Position numbers and translations under genes: made by a program
The notes under the pieces: generated by a model
Told to the model about the DNA's origin: nothing
The model's input: the letters and a program-made list of their open reading frames with translations, nothing else
The model's database searches: none
In this document: positions 1-10,152 of the stretch, piece by piece
Layout: each line of letters begins with the position of its first letter
How positions within the stretch are numbered: the first letter of the stretch is position 1
Assembly: GCF_040938485.1 (NCBI RefSeq)
Contig: NW_027270917.1
Span: forward strand, 6,820,001-6,884,000
DNA: 64,000 nt
DNA from: Diadema antillarum
Lineage: Eukaryota
Direction of reading: 5' to 3'

Positions 1-209
1 AAAAAAGGGCAAGAAAGAAGAAATGATGGTGGCTATTGATAGTATTCTTCCTGTTGTCTTTAAACACAGATTGGAAGCATCTTATAGGAATAAAGTTATG
101 TACAAAATGTAGCAATATTTGGGACCCTGGTATATCTGACAAGCAAAACTTTTATCATGTTGTGCTTGAATAGATCATTGACGACTGAGTTTTTCCTGTG
201 ATGCTTTAT

Positions 210-248
210 TGTGTGTGTGTGTGTGTGTGTGCATGTGTGTGTGTGTGT
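210..248. repeat. (GT)n microsatellite, interrupted once
   Basis: Directly visible. Confidence 0.95.
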
Positions 249-535
249 CAGGCATAGTGACTCAAATTATGAAGGTCCTGATGTTGAGGGAATTTATGCA
301 GCATGCTAATACACCAAGCTAAGGTTAAAACAGTAACATGCTTGTAAAAAGAAAGATGCTGCTGCCTGACAATCAGACCAAGCTATTGTGCAAGACATGT
401 AAAAAAATATATGTCGCCATATCTGTCGTGAAATTCATTTTCAACATCGGAGTAGTGCCAATTTCCTTTACTAGTTAACAAGCTACACACTAATACCTCA
501 TTCACTGTATCATCTTCCCTTGATAATAATGGAAG

Positions 536-727
536 GTTCTGGCAGAGATCCAAGCAGGGAAGGTCCAAGTTCTGCTGGTCTCCCCCGAGGCGGTGGTGGG
601 AGGGGGCGCAAACTGCCTGCCACACCCTTCCAAGATGCCCCCCATTGCTTTCGCCTGCGTGGACGAGGCCCACTGCATCTCCGAGTGGAGCCACAACTTC
701 CGGCCTTCCTACCTCATGCTGTGCAAG
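536..727 (+). CDS. RECQL4: RECQL4 coding exon (first in window): [23 protein letters not shown]...[26 protein letters not shown]; contains helicase motif II (DEAH) and the RecQ aromatic loop
   Basis: Translation matches the RecQ4 signature DEAHCxSxWSHNFRP. AAG acceptor at 533-535 (in-frame TAA at 527-529 bounds it); AAG|GTGTGT donor; phase 0. The gene's 5' exons lie upstream of the window. Confidence 0.93.
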
Positions 728-1624
728 GTGTGTTTCCTGCTGACTTCTGAATGTCAAATAATAAAGATAAAAAGCTTGTGGTTTCTGCACAGGAAGATTA
801 TGTAATATCAATTTGCATATTGTTGACGACAGAATGGGTCTTATATTTCATACTCCATACACATTGCAAAATGGAACTTATTATATATTTGATACTCCAT
901 ATATGTTGCAAAATGGGACTTGAGAAATAATTTTGGGAGTTTTTGAGATCAAGAACCAAATTGACATAATGAGACAGAAATATCACTTTAGAACTGAAAA
1001 AGTAGTGATTTCACACCTTGGGTACATCATACAAAGCATTTGTTTTACAGAAGGCAATATTTTCATTAGTTCTTGTTTTCAAAAATATTAGTCAACTTGT
1101 GAAAGTCGTGAAAATAGAAACACCGCAAAATACACTGAACATACAGTAAGCACCACAAAATGCAACGGACATAAGGAAATCTATGCAGTTGTACCTTTTG
1201 GAGAGGACTGTTGTGTAATTTTCTAAAAACCTCTGTGTAGATTTTTTTGTGTGTGCAATATTGATGGATTAAAAAGATTGGTATGCTGGGAATCTAAAAG
1301 GTTGAGTAATAACACTTGATTAAGCATTAGAAATAAACCAGACATTTAAGGTTTGTTTCGGTTTTGTTTTGTTTTTTGTTGTTGTTGTTTTTTTTTCAAC
1401 ATGCTAAGGATGCAGTTCCCAGGGCATAGACTATCAAAATACAAAAAGTGCTTTATAACGTGGCATTTAGACCATCACTTTGTAGTTTAGGAACATTTGT
1501 CATTGTGGTTTTCATGTCAAAGAAAATATTGCTCACTATGCAATAATTATACATTTTGGGACAGGGTACTTACAAGGTAGACTCCACACCACTTTTTCTA
1601 TCTTTGGGAATACTTTGAGTGCAG

Positions 1625-1807
1625 GTAGTGAAGGAAAGACTAGGTGTCCGATGTATATTAGCCCTGACCGCTACAGCAACCAGGACCACTTCGGACAGTG
1701 TGGCCCATCATCTGGGCATTGCTGACCAGCCTGGGGCGGTCATACGGGGATGCTCAGTGCCTAGCAACCTCCATTTGTCCGTCTCCAAGGACTTAGACCG
1801 AGAGAGG
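1625..1807 (+). CDS. RECQL4: RECQL4 coding exon: VVKERLGVRCILALTATAT...NLHLSVSKDLDRER (motif III)
   Basis: CAG acceptor 1622-1624, AGG|GTGAGG donor, 183 nt phase 0/0. LTATAT and NLHLSVS match RecQ4. Confidence 0.95.
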
Positions 1808-2183
1808 GTGAGGAAGCAGAGGATATACGTTTCATGATTTTCCATACAACATCATACAACATCATGACACACGCGTCATGATGACCTGTGTGATTAGCAT
1901 TGTACAGCACGATCAGTCGTGACTTTATGTCTACCGAAAATGATAAAGAAATGACATTTAGATATGAAGTTATGATCGATCAAATGACATTGTCTGAAAA
2001 TCACAAAATGGCGCCGAGATGACGGCATAGATATAAAGTTATTGTCATGAAAATTTTATCGTCATTAGATATTGTTTATAAGATATGTTGACTGAAAATG
2101 TCATGTTATTCCGTTATGTCATTGTTGAGATATACAGTCCACAAAATATGGCAGAATGAAAGAAAGATTTTGACAAACATAAT

Positions 2184-2212
2184 AGGTGATACGCTGATAG
2201 CGTATCACCTAA
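2184..2212. other. Perfect 13-bp hairpin TAGGTGATACGCT-gat-AGCGTATCACCTA in a RECQL4 intron
   Basis: Exact reverse complement with a 3-nt loop. Confidence 0.85.
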
Positions 2213-2264
2213 TTACCCATGGTAGTAACTTTTGACATGTACGGTTTGTTCTCCCATCTGGCAG

Positions 2265-2532
2265 GCATTGATTGAGCTGCTTAAGGGGGAGCGGTTCAGG
2301 CGGCTGAGGTCCATCATCATCTACTGTATCAGGCGGGAGGAGACAGAGAGAGTGTCATCCCTCATCCGAACCTGTCTCCAGAGCGACCCAACCCAGTATC
2401 CGGAAGAAGAGGATGAGGCCAATGGGGCAGCTCTGGATGAGGCAGGAAAGCAGGAGGAGAAAGAGACCAGTCAAAAGGCCAAAAAGAAGACTTATCGGAA
2501 GAGATCTAGAGCCAAGAAGTCTACCGCATCTG
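2265..2532 (+). CDS. RECQL4: RECQL4 coding exon: [11 protein letters not shown]...[23 protein letters not shown] plus acidic/basic insertion (motif IV)
   Basis: CAG acceptor 2262-2264, TG|GTAAGT donor, phase 0/1. SIIIYC.RRE.TER matches RecQ4. Confidence 0.95.
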
Positions 2533-3119
2533 GTAAGTTTATTTTGTGTTTGTTATCAAACCCTTTAAGCCCCCCCCCCCCCCCCATTCCTTTTTTTTTT
2601 TTTAATCATTATCGGTCATTACTACAGATGTAGATTCTGAAAGCTGGTTGTTGGTACAATAATATTATGTATATCCTCAGAACCCACACTGTAATGACAG
2701 TTTATGGCCATATATTGTGATAGACATCACACTGGGTTATAGAGGCAGGCAGACATATGAAGAGAGATTTGGATGTGGTTGATTCTTTTGAAGAAATGCT
2801 GCAGTGAGATTATTTTGTTGATATGCTGTCTATGATAACAGCTGCAAAAAAAACAACAATTTCTTCTCAGCTCAACACTATGTTTATGAGAAAGAACGAT
2901 TTCATGAAAGTCTTATGTTTTCTCTGCCTAGGTCTAGACACCCTTTTGCACAGGCTTTTTAGGATTTTCTTGTCAAGAGAAACAAATATGAGAGGAAAAT
3001 ACGTTTAGTGGGGGGTCATCAGTTAGGTCATGAATGGAATGCCAAATGACAGTGAGTGATGGTGATTGCTTACTTCAGAAAACAATCATGATCATTATTA
3101 TTTTGTGCCTGTTTGCCAG

Positions 3120-3382
3120 CCAAGGTTGAGGCCAACAGCTGTGAGGCGTACCACGCTGGCATGTCGGCAGCAGAGCGGAGGAGAGTACAGAACGGGTTCA
3201 TGTCGGGCTCACTGCGCATTGTGGTTGCCACGGTAGCCTTCGGGATGGGACTGGACAAGGCGGATGTGAGAGCGGTTATCCACTTCAACCTCCCACGAAA
3301 CTTTGAGAGCTTCGTGCAGGAGATAGGGCGGGCCGGCAGGGACGGCCTACCAGCCCACTGTCACATCTTTCTGGACGGAACG
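3120..3382 (+). CDS. RECQL4: RECQL4 coding exon: EAYHAGMS...[21 protein letters not shown]...[22 protein letters not shown] (motifs IVa, V, VI)
   Basis: CAG acceptor 3117-3119, ACG|GTCAGT donor, phase 1/0. Canonical RecQ motifs. Confidence 0.97.
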
Positions 3383-3523
3383 GTCAGTTAACAGAAAGCG
3401 TGATGTAATCAAGTGTTTAGATGTTAAAACCTCCTATTGTATCCTTCACCAATCAAAGAATTGTTTGAGACACGTCACTCATATTCTCAGGCTTATTAAG
3501 TTGTAGGTTTAGTAATAAATAAG

Positions 3524-3890
3524 TTAAAGGCATAATTTACCATTTGCAGGTGAAACAAAAAACCAGCATTAGTGCTTCAAAATAGTTCAAAAATTTGAGT
3601 TAGGGCTAGAAACAACCAATGTAAAAATTTTAATCAGTATATTCGATTTTAAGTATTGTTAAACATACAAAATGTGAACAATAGTTATAATAAGAATGTT
3701 TCCAGACTAAACCGTCTGCAATTATGATTTATCGGGAAAAATAGTGATATCTCCTTATATTTTAGGCTTTATTGCAAAAATTTTATATGGCAGGATGTTT
3801 CGTGATACAACTAACCTACACTTATGCATCAAATGTGATATCTTGAACATTTTTAAAATCACTGCTCCCTAAGGTAAACAGGACCTTTAA
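3524..3890 (+). mobile_element. Family A non-autonomous TTAA-flanked element (Kolobok-like; TTAA|AGG...CCT|TTAA), copy 1
   Basis: TTAA at both ends, short imperfect TIR (AGG.....TTTACC), three further copies in the window. TTAA TSD with purine-purine 5' termini is the Kolobok pattern. Confidence 0.8.
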
Positions 3891-4014
3891 ATCATAAGTG
3901 TACTCTCTGTCGTAAGCTATCAAAAGAAATGTCAATTAGACTACTGTCTAAGCATTTACTTTTGCTGCAAGACAATGCTTTGAACATACATCTGATTGGT
4001 CCTTGTGTTGCCAG

Positions 4015-4140
4015 GGGAGTGACATTTGGGAGCTGCGAAGACACACCCATGGCAACTCCGTGGACCGCTACACCATCAAGAAGCTAGTCAAGAGGATCTT
4101 CAGACCCTGCAAGTGTGATCAGATTCGAAGGCTTGGCGAG
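4015..4140 (+). CDS. RECQL4: RECQL4 coding exon: GSDIWELRRHTHGNSVDRYTIKKLVKRIFRPCKCDQIRRLGE (start of RecQ4 Zn-binding domain)
   Basis: CAG acceptor 4012-4014, GAG|GTAAGT donor, phase 0/0. ELRRH...CxC matches RecQ4. Confidence 0.94.
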
Positions 4141-4685
4141 GTAAGTGAGAGGGCTTTGTTTCATCTCCATGGAGACCACACAGATACTAAGTATCATCAC
4201 AATGTTATCTTCCTGGTGTATTACCTTGTCCTTCAGTGAATATGCATAGTATATAGAGCTAGATTGCCACCCTGACATATATACTTAATCATCGGCAATT
4301 TTATTGGCAAATAACACTTTTAACACTCTGACAGACATCCAGTTTTAGTTTCCTGGTAGTGTCTGTTTCTTGATGGAGCAACAATAATGAAAGTCATCTC
4401 TGGATTTTCTTGTCAGTTTTACCACGTTTCTTCCAGATGAATCTTTAGATGCTTCATTAGTCTATTGCCTTCTGAGCAAATTTTGAACTCAGTTGCAAGC
4501 ATGCTTGCAAAATCATTTATGGTTACAAGGGTCTAAAGTCACAAAGGTAGATTAAATCCAATCAATGGTTTGACTTAAAACCATGGACTAAAAACAAGTG
4601 TGAAATAGATGTACCTTGGACACACGCATGTTACCTTAGAGTGCATTTATTATCGGATGTGTGTTGGTGTATGTGCTGTGTCAAG

Positions 4686-4749
4686 GGACCACCAGCCTCA
4701 GATCCTATGGACATTGCATTTAAACATGTAACCGACAGGACTGGCAGAG
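4686..4749 (+). CDS. RECQL4: Possible cassette exon of RECQL4 (GPPASDPMDIAFKHVTDRTGR)
   Basis: Strong donor GAG|GTAAGC at 4749/4750 but weak AAG acceptor. Only one frame is open, and it needs the TAG acceptor at 5068-5070 downstream. Confidence 0.3.
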
Positions 4750-5057
4750 GTAAGCCAGTTTGATGCCCCATTTATACTAGGAGTTTAAGTCTGCAATGAT
4801 GCTTCTGAAGCACTCTTCCTGCCAGTGTGAAAGGTGGAGAAGGCAAACAAGTCTTATCATTCATAAAAATGCATTTCTCTTGGAGATGACTTATCATAAG
4901 TATTCTGGTTTAAAGATTGACACAATAAAGTGTAACATATTTTGGAACCAATCTTGCTAGATGTGGTGACATATACTTAATTGTTTACTGTGGCTTCCGG
5001 TCATTGCTTTGCGACATATTTTACTTACAATGGTCCATTGGTTCATCTCCTTGTCAG

Positions 5058-5163
5058 GCTGATCACCTAGACCAAGAAGATGAGAGACAAGGGGCGTGTC
5101 CAGGCCACGCCATCGCGATTCCAGTGGACGCCACCGTACAGGAACTGGACATCAAGGAGGAAG
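5058..5163 (+). CDS. RECQL4: RECQL4 coding exon: ADHLDQEDERQGACPGHAIAIPVDATVQELDIKEE
   Basis: CAG acceptor 5055-5057, AAG|GTATGG donor, phase 0/1. CxGH and TVQ.LD..EE match RecQ4. Confidence 0.92.
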
Positions 5164-5380
5164 GTATGGTCAACATGATTGCCGATTTCCAACTCATCGT
5201 CAGTCTTGTATATCTCACAAATGGATGGATATGCAAGTGCTTCCAACATTATAAACAGCATCTTGACCAATGTGTAATAGCATCACCAAGTTTTGGTCCG
5301 GGTTTGTCCCTGATGAACGGGAATGGCAAGATTTACCTCTCTCTAACAGCAACCGCTCTCAGACCTCCTTGACGGGTTTA

Positions 5381-5536
5381 GGGCAATTACCCCAGCCTTC
5401 CCCTTACCCTAACCCTAATCCTAATCTTGAACCTAATTTTAACCCTAACCAAAACTCTCACCCTAAACATAACCCTAACCCTAATCTTTACTCTAACCTT
5501 ATCACTAACCAGTATCTAGCTGGATAGTAATTACCC
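5381..5536. repeat. Degenerate (CCCTAA)n telomere-like tract bracketed by short inverted ends GGGCAATTAC...GTAATTACCC
   Basis: CCCTAA/CCTAAT/AACCCT variants at ~5400-5510; 9/10 matching inverted termini. Confidence 0.7.
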
Positions 5537-5749
5537 TTGCTTCTTCTTGGCATCTCGCCTCATTTCGGGCATCCTCCTGTCTCAAGTCAACTTTCCAGAG
5601 CTCTTCCTCTACCAGTCTCTTCCACATCTTCCTTGTCGGTCGTCCTCCCTTTCTTGGTTCATTCACTATGAACTCTAGCAATTTCCTCATAACATTAACA
5701 GTATGGATGGCAATCCAGTTCCTTCAGAAGGAACTGGATATACTGTACA

Positions 5750-5842
5750 TTAACCCATTGAGGACAAGTCCCAAGTATTCTCAGGCAGGGGTCTATAGGA
5801 AATGCTTGTTGTAGCAATATCAGCCCGTCCTCAACGAGTGAA
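5750..5842 (+). mobile_element. Family G ~95-bp piggyBac-like MITE (TTAA|CCCATTGAGG...), copy 1 with decayed right end
   Basis: Homologous to copies at 40816-40910 and 41770-41869. Confidence 0.7.
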
Positions 5843-6044
5843 AAGATTTGGGAATTAGTATATCTTAGAGATGACAGGTCAGAGGTATAGAACTTGAGGG
5901 TGTGATAGGAACACTGCTGATGATTTGTAGAATAACTGACTACCAGGAGTAGCAAGTCCTTTTAATGTTGACCTCTAATCCATGTGCAGGTTGACATTAA
6001 CTTGAAGAATAAAAATCAAACAAATGGATTCAATAAAAGCTTCA

Positions 6045-6906
6045 CTAAACTGGGACATGAAATAAGAAAGTTATGGAATTTTAGGATTTCATGTGTCTGC
6101 CTGAAACGGTGATGCCCAGGCATCATTGCTCTGTTATTAACACTGCAATATTTTGATGTCAAGAATAGAGTTCATTGAGTTTTATTTCAATACTAGAAAG
6201 GAAATGCAGTGAAGATTACTTAAAGGGTCAGATGGAGACTTATGAGTTGATATCTTTGCGAGCACGCAAGTTGTTGCGTGGAGCGAGTTCCTGGTTGTCT
6301 GATCAGACAATCTTCTGCCAAATCGCCTAGCAAATCTGTCTCGCAGACTTCTCTCGGATAGCCTTTGTTCCTTAATGCAGACAGTGTGATATACCGTTCT
6401 TCTTGCGGGGTTGTTTTGGGGGGACGTCTACTCCTTGGTCTGTTTGTAACTTCCCTGATTTCAAGAAATTTCACCCACAGTCTTGATGTGGTGCTTGCGC
6501 TCACCCCAAACCAGGTGGCAACATCCTTTTGGGGTACACCTGCTTGTAGTTGCTTGGGCCTTTAGGAGATTTGATAAGCATGGCATTTTTTTAAAATCTC
6601 ACAAACGACCACTCAGTAAACTGCAGCACTGGCACACATTCATGCAAGACATGCACTGTCATCTGGGCACTTTTCAAAACACATTGCATCTTCACAAGAT
6701 GCTTTTTACAACATTTCAATGCAGACTCTGCCCTATATTCAAGAGTACTGCACATGCCATGATTACATAATCACAGCAGATGGCACATCATTGTAAAGAG
6801 GAATAATCAAGCTTTCTAATGATACCACATTTACGTATGATCATGAAGCAACAAGAGATATATTACCCCACAAACTTGAATTGCAGAACTTTTTTTGAGG
6901 AGTTTA
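6045..6906 (-). mobile_element. Internally deleted Tc1/mariner element hosting the transposase relic
   Basis: The right end reads TA|AACTCCTCAAAAAAAGTT on the minus strand, resembling Tc1 TIRs. The left boundary is only tentatively matched. Confidence 0.5.
6240..6586 (-). pseudogene. Tc1-like transposase N-terminal (paired-like HTH) relic, frameshifted
   Basis: Minus-strand pieces MPCLSN / LQAGVPQKDVATWFGVSASTTSRLW...RPRSRRPPKTTPQEERYITLSALRN / RRLSDQTTRNSLH / NLRARK follow the Tc1 pattern RPRSGRP..TT..xDR.I...SLRNR...S.QTVRNRL...GLRARRP. The DDE domain is absent. Confidence 0.8.
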
Positions 6907-7081
6907 TCTTTCTTCATATGTGACATCACAAACTTATGAATGCATTGTCTAATTTTCCTTAAACTTTAACCAATGTGTTCTGCTAATATTGCTGCATTCA
7001 CTACATCCGCACATATATCAGGGAGAGCTTGTTTTTTAATCTTTCCACTGTTATGATGATCTTTAAATGCGTTTCAATCAG

Positions 7082-7396
7082 GTATTGCCACTCTGATGTG
7101 TTATCTTGAGCTACATCCGGCTGGCTGGTTGGTCACTTCGCCCCACACCTATGCCACGTGCACCCTCAACTTCTACGGGGGTCCACGTCAGCTGCGGGAA
7201 ACCGCCCTCAAGAGCCCCGCAGTGGCGGCGGCGTTGGCCAGGGAGCGCATCAACGGCAAGAGGAAGGCCGACAAGGACGATGGCCGGACTTCGCTGACCT
7301 TCGATGTGGTGGATCTGGCCAGTGCCATGGGCTGGGACGTCCAGCCGGTCAAGCGAGAACTCAGGCAGCTCCAATGGAAGCATGACAAGTTAAGAG
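7082..7396 (+). CDS. RECQL4: RECQL4 coding exon: GIATLMCYLELHPAGW...TFDVVDLASAMGWDVQPVKRELRQLQW
   Basis: CAG acceptor 7079-7081, GAG|GTAAAG donor, phase 1/1. TLxCYLELH and MGW...L.QLQW match RecQ4. Confidence 0.95.
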
Positions 7397-7444
7397 GTAA
7401 AGCAGTCGTGTAAACTATATAGTCAGGCTTTCAACGGTGTCAAG

Positions 7445-7610
7445 TACTGTAAAACCAGAAATTTTCGCATGCATGAAACTTTCATGAATTTCGCGAGGAG
7501 CTGAGATTGGCAAAAGTAAAATGCTAAAGGATTTTTTTTTACACAGTGGATTGAATGCCACTGGCAATTTATGGAAGTTTAATGCTGCAAAAATTTATGT
7601 TTTTACAATT
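7445..7610. mobile_element. Family H MITE (TA|CTGTAAA...TTTACAG/A) ~170-230 bp
   Basis: Inverted CTGTAAAA ends. Related copies at 33299-33527 and 53056-53258, plus fragments near 1090-1150 and 11290-11392. Confidence 0.6.
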
Positions 7611-8133
7611 ATTAATATTGCCAACAATATGCAGGGAGTTTCAAGAAAGGACACCATTTTGACTTTAATATTTTGTCAATTAGCTTTCAAGACAAATCTT
7701 TGTTACTTAATGGTGCCGGTAGCAGTGCCACATACACTAGTCTGTCTATGATTTTATGTTTTTTTATATGTGTGCGTGTATGTGTTTTTTATTATATTGT
7801 ATTGATTGATTGTTTTTCATTTGATTAGTCATTGTTGATTGAATATGGTTGCATACATTCAAGATGAATGTTTTGTTATGTAAATTTATAGAAATCAAAT
7901 AAAGATTACTGAAAAACAAAGCCTAAAAAAAAATTGCACACATGGTCTCCAGAGGAAAGAAGAAATTTGCCTTATCCATTGTTCAAAACAAACTTTGCCA
8001 ACTTTCACCCTCAAATATGTTTTGTTCAAAATTATACAAGAGTTATATGCCACCTCCTGCAGTACTTGAGGGAGAGATAAATTCAAACAACTGTATTCAG
8101 TTTTCGTTCTCTCCACGTATTCGTCGCCATCAG

Positions 8134-8311
8134 GATGGGTGAAGACCGGGGTGATGGTGGAGTTCTCCGACTTGGCCTTCTCCTTCCGTTGCCAAGGCAA
8201 CCTGACCGATGTCCAGCTGGATGGAGTGGTTGACTTCCTCCATGGCAGGGTGGAGGACCTCGAGAGGCGAGAGTTGGGTCAGCTTGATGCTATATATTCC
8301 ACACTCAAGAG
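8134..8311 (+). CDS. RECQL4: RECQL4 coding exon: GWVKTGVMVEFSDLAFSFRCQGNLT...DFLHGRV...STLK
   Basis: CAG acceptor 8131-8133, AG|GTGAGT donor, phase 1/2. TGV.VEFS.LAF matches RecQ4. This exon is absent from the + strand ORF track. Confidence 0.94.
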
Positions 8312-8384
8312 GTGAGTTTAGTTTAAAAAACAAAACAAAACAAAATAAACTTGTAGATGAATGATACCCCAAAAATAAATGTGG

Positions 8385-8700
8385 ATTGAGTGAATGCAGC
8401 AATATTAGTAGAACATATTAATGAAGTTTGTGGAAAATTAAGCAATCTGTTCAAAAGTTATGTTGGTGCCACCATTATTGGATGAGAAGACTACAACAGT
8501 TCTTGATGTCAATGCAGGACAAATATATAAACAAGATATAAAGAGATCTCAACATATTCTCATTATTCTAGCATAATGAAAGAGCGCTTGACTGACCTCT
8601 GTCAGAAAGCAGAAGGAATGATATTACCCTTAATATATGTCAGTAACAGGTCGTGGGAATGTGTATTCTTCATAGAAAATGAAACTGTATAAAAATGTCG
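8385..8700 (+). mobile_element. Truncated copy of family D
   Basis: Shares GAATGCAGCAATATTAGTAGAACA...GGATGAGAAGACTAC...ATATTACCCTTAA with the 11431 and 51356 copies. Confidence 0.75.
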
Positions 8701-9137
8701 AAAAAAAAAGAAGATCAAAAAGTAGTATCTGCTGATGTACTTTAAAATCACATGGTATAGTGGTCTATAGGGACCACCAGATGAAATCAAAGCCATGGAA
8801 CAGAACATTCACCTTTACACCTGTCACCACTCTACAATGTGAATTCTCCAAAGGAGTATGCTCACTATGCCCACCATATGAAACCTTACTCTATTTTCTT
8901 CTTCCAGTTTCTGAGTTGAGATTAGCAAGGAGGCACTAGAGGGTTTCAGTACTGCCCCATACACCAACCATTTTTGTTAGTTTGCCCAATCAGATGTACA
9001 TCAATTTTGAGAGAAAACTCATTTCTGTAATTTTAGCATGAGAGTTTAGAGATGCAATACCCAGTGAACATGACCTTTGCAAATGTCAGTGTAGCCTCAT
9101 TCCGTCTTGCTGCCTCACACTGCTTCTCCTCCTCCAG

Positions 9138-9273
9138 TGTATCCAAGGAGACCTACATGGAGTGCTGCGATGAAGTGGATGCCGAGCTGAGTGACCATCT
9201 TAGGGGTCAGCTGGTCAAGTACTTTGTGGACGAGCTGGACGTGACCAAGGCCAAGAACCCTCGGGTGGAGAAG
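9138..9273 (+). CDS. RECQL4: RECQL4 coding exon: SVSKETYMECCDEVDAELSDHLRGQLVKYFVDELDVTKAKNPRVEK
   Basis: Pyrimidine tract plus CAG 9135-9137, AAG|GTGAGG donor, phase 2/0. L...YF pattern as in the RecQ4 C-terminal domain. Confidence 0.9.
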
Positions 9274-9298
9274 GTGAGGAATATTCTATCAAGTGCCG

Positions 9299-9391
9299 TT
9301 AACCCTTTATGTACTTTGAGTGCAAATTCTCACAGAAGAACTCCATAACATTGTTCACACTGTCCAAAGTCCCTAGTACCGAAAGGGTTAA
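9299..9391. mobile_element. 93-bp piggyBac-like MITE, TTAA|CCCTTTATGTACT...AGTACCGAAAGGG|TTAA
   Basis: TTAA TSD, 13-bp TIR with 2 mismatches, CCC termini. Confidence 0.75.
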
Positions 9392-10152
9392 CCCTGTGTT
9401 GATGCATTTCAGCGGCAGTCCAGCACTGTTTAAAGTGAAAGCAGTTGCAGGTGATTTTCCACTTTAGAGCATTGTGGTACATTCATTTGGGAAGTGTCCC
9501 CAAACATTCACAAAAAATAACAGAAATTAAAAGTATTCTAGATCTCCAAAATAGAAAGCTTTTCTCCCAGCTTCTGTGCTAGGGAATTTCTTATGTATTT
9601 CATTGTTTTCGACTCTTTTCTAAATCTTTTTTATGGAAATCATTGGCGACACTATTCCAATCATAAAGAACATGAAATTAATTGATTTTAATCAGGAAAA
9701 GTAAAGATAATGATACATGTATGAATTTTGGCTAGAAACAGAATTTGGATTGGATTCGTACATGAAATCACATTATTGAGCAATTTTGGGTCTGACATGC
9801 ACTTACAAAATATTGCGTGAATTCGGAGCCGCGTACCCTTGCGTCGCGAATTTGGTCTCAAAAGTTGTGCAAAACTTAAAAGAAAGAAGTCATGAAACGT
9901 TGCGCCCCGAGATTTTTACATTACAGATTTATTATGAAAAATGTCGAAGGGGGGAGGCTCAATCTGCCCCCCCCCCAGTCTTTTTAGGTTTAAGCCACTT
10001 GTCAACTAGGCTCAGTTCAAGCCAGAACTTTACATACACCCTGACTACCAAACAGTTTGAAAGGGGTACAAGAGTTAATGGTACTTGTTGTGGTGCTAGT
10101 CTTGACTTTCCAGTCTCTCATCTGTCAGCCCTGTTTCTTGTTCTCTCAACAG

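Noticed and set aside
383-811. 142-aa minus-strand ORF and other antisense or alternate-frame ORFs over RECQL4 exons (e.g. 3070-3288, 7111-7388, 8130-8402)
   Set aside because: These are shadows of GC-rich coding exons on the + strand.
1875-2000. Intronic C/D snoRNA (ATGATGA ... CTGA)
   Set aside because: There is no terminal stem, and the region is full of ATGA/TCAT repeats, consistent with a decayed repeat.
4826-4833. 8-nt microexon (CAG|TGTGAAAG|GT) that would fix the phase after 4749
   Set aside because: It introduces an in-frame TGA.
5270-5527. NPNPNP-repeat ORF as a circumsporozoite-like protein
   Set aside because: It is simply the translation of the (CCCTAA)n tract.
5381-5536. Functional link between the telomere-like tract and RECQL4's telomere role
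   Set aside because: Nothing in the sequence supports it; coincidence in a repeat-rich intron is sufficient.
6220-6232. TTAAAGGG as the start of another Kolobok-like element
   Set aside because: No matching right end was found; the site lies within the Tc1 relic.
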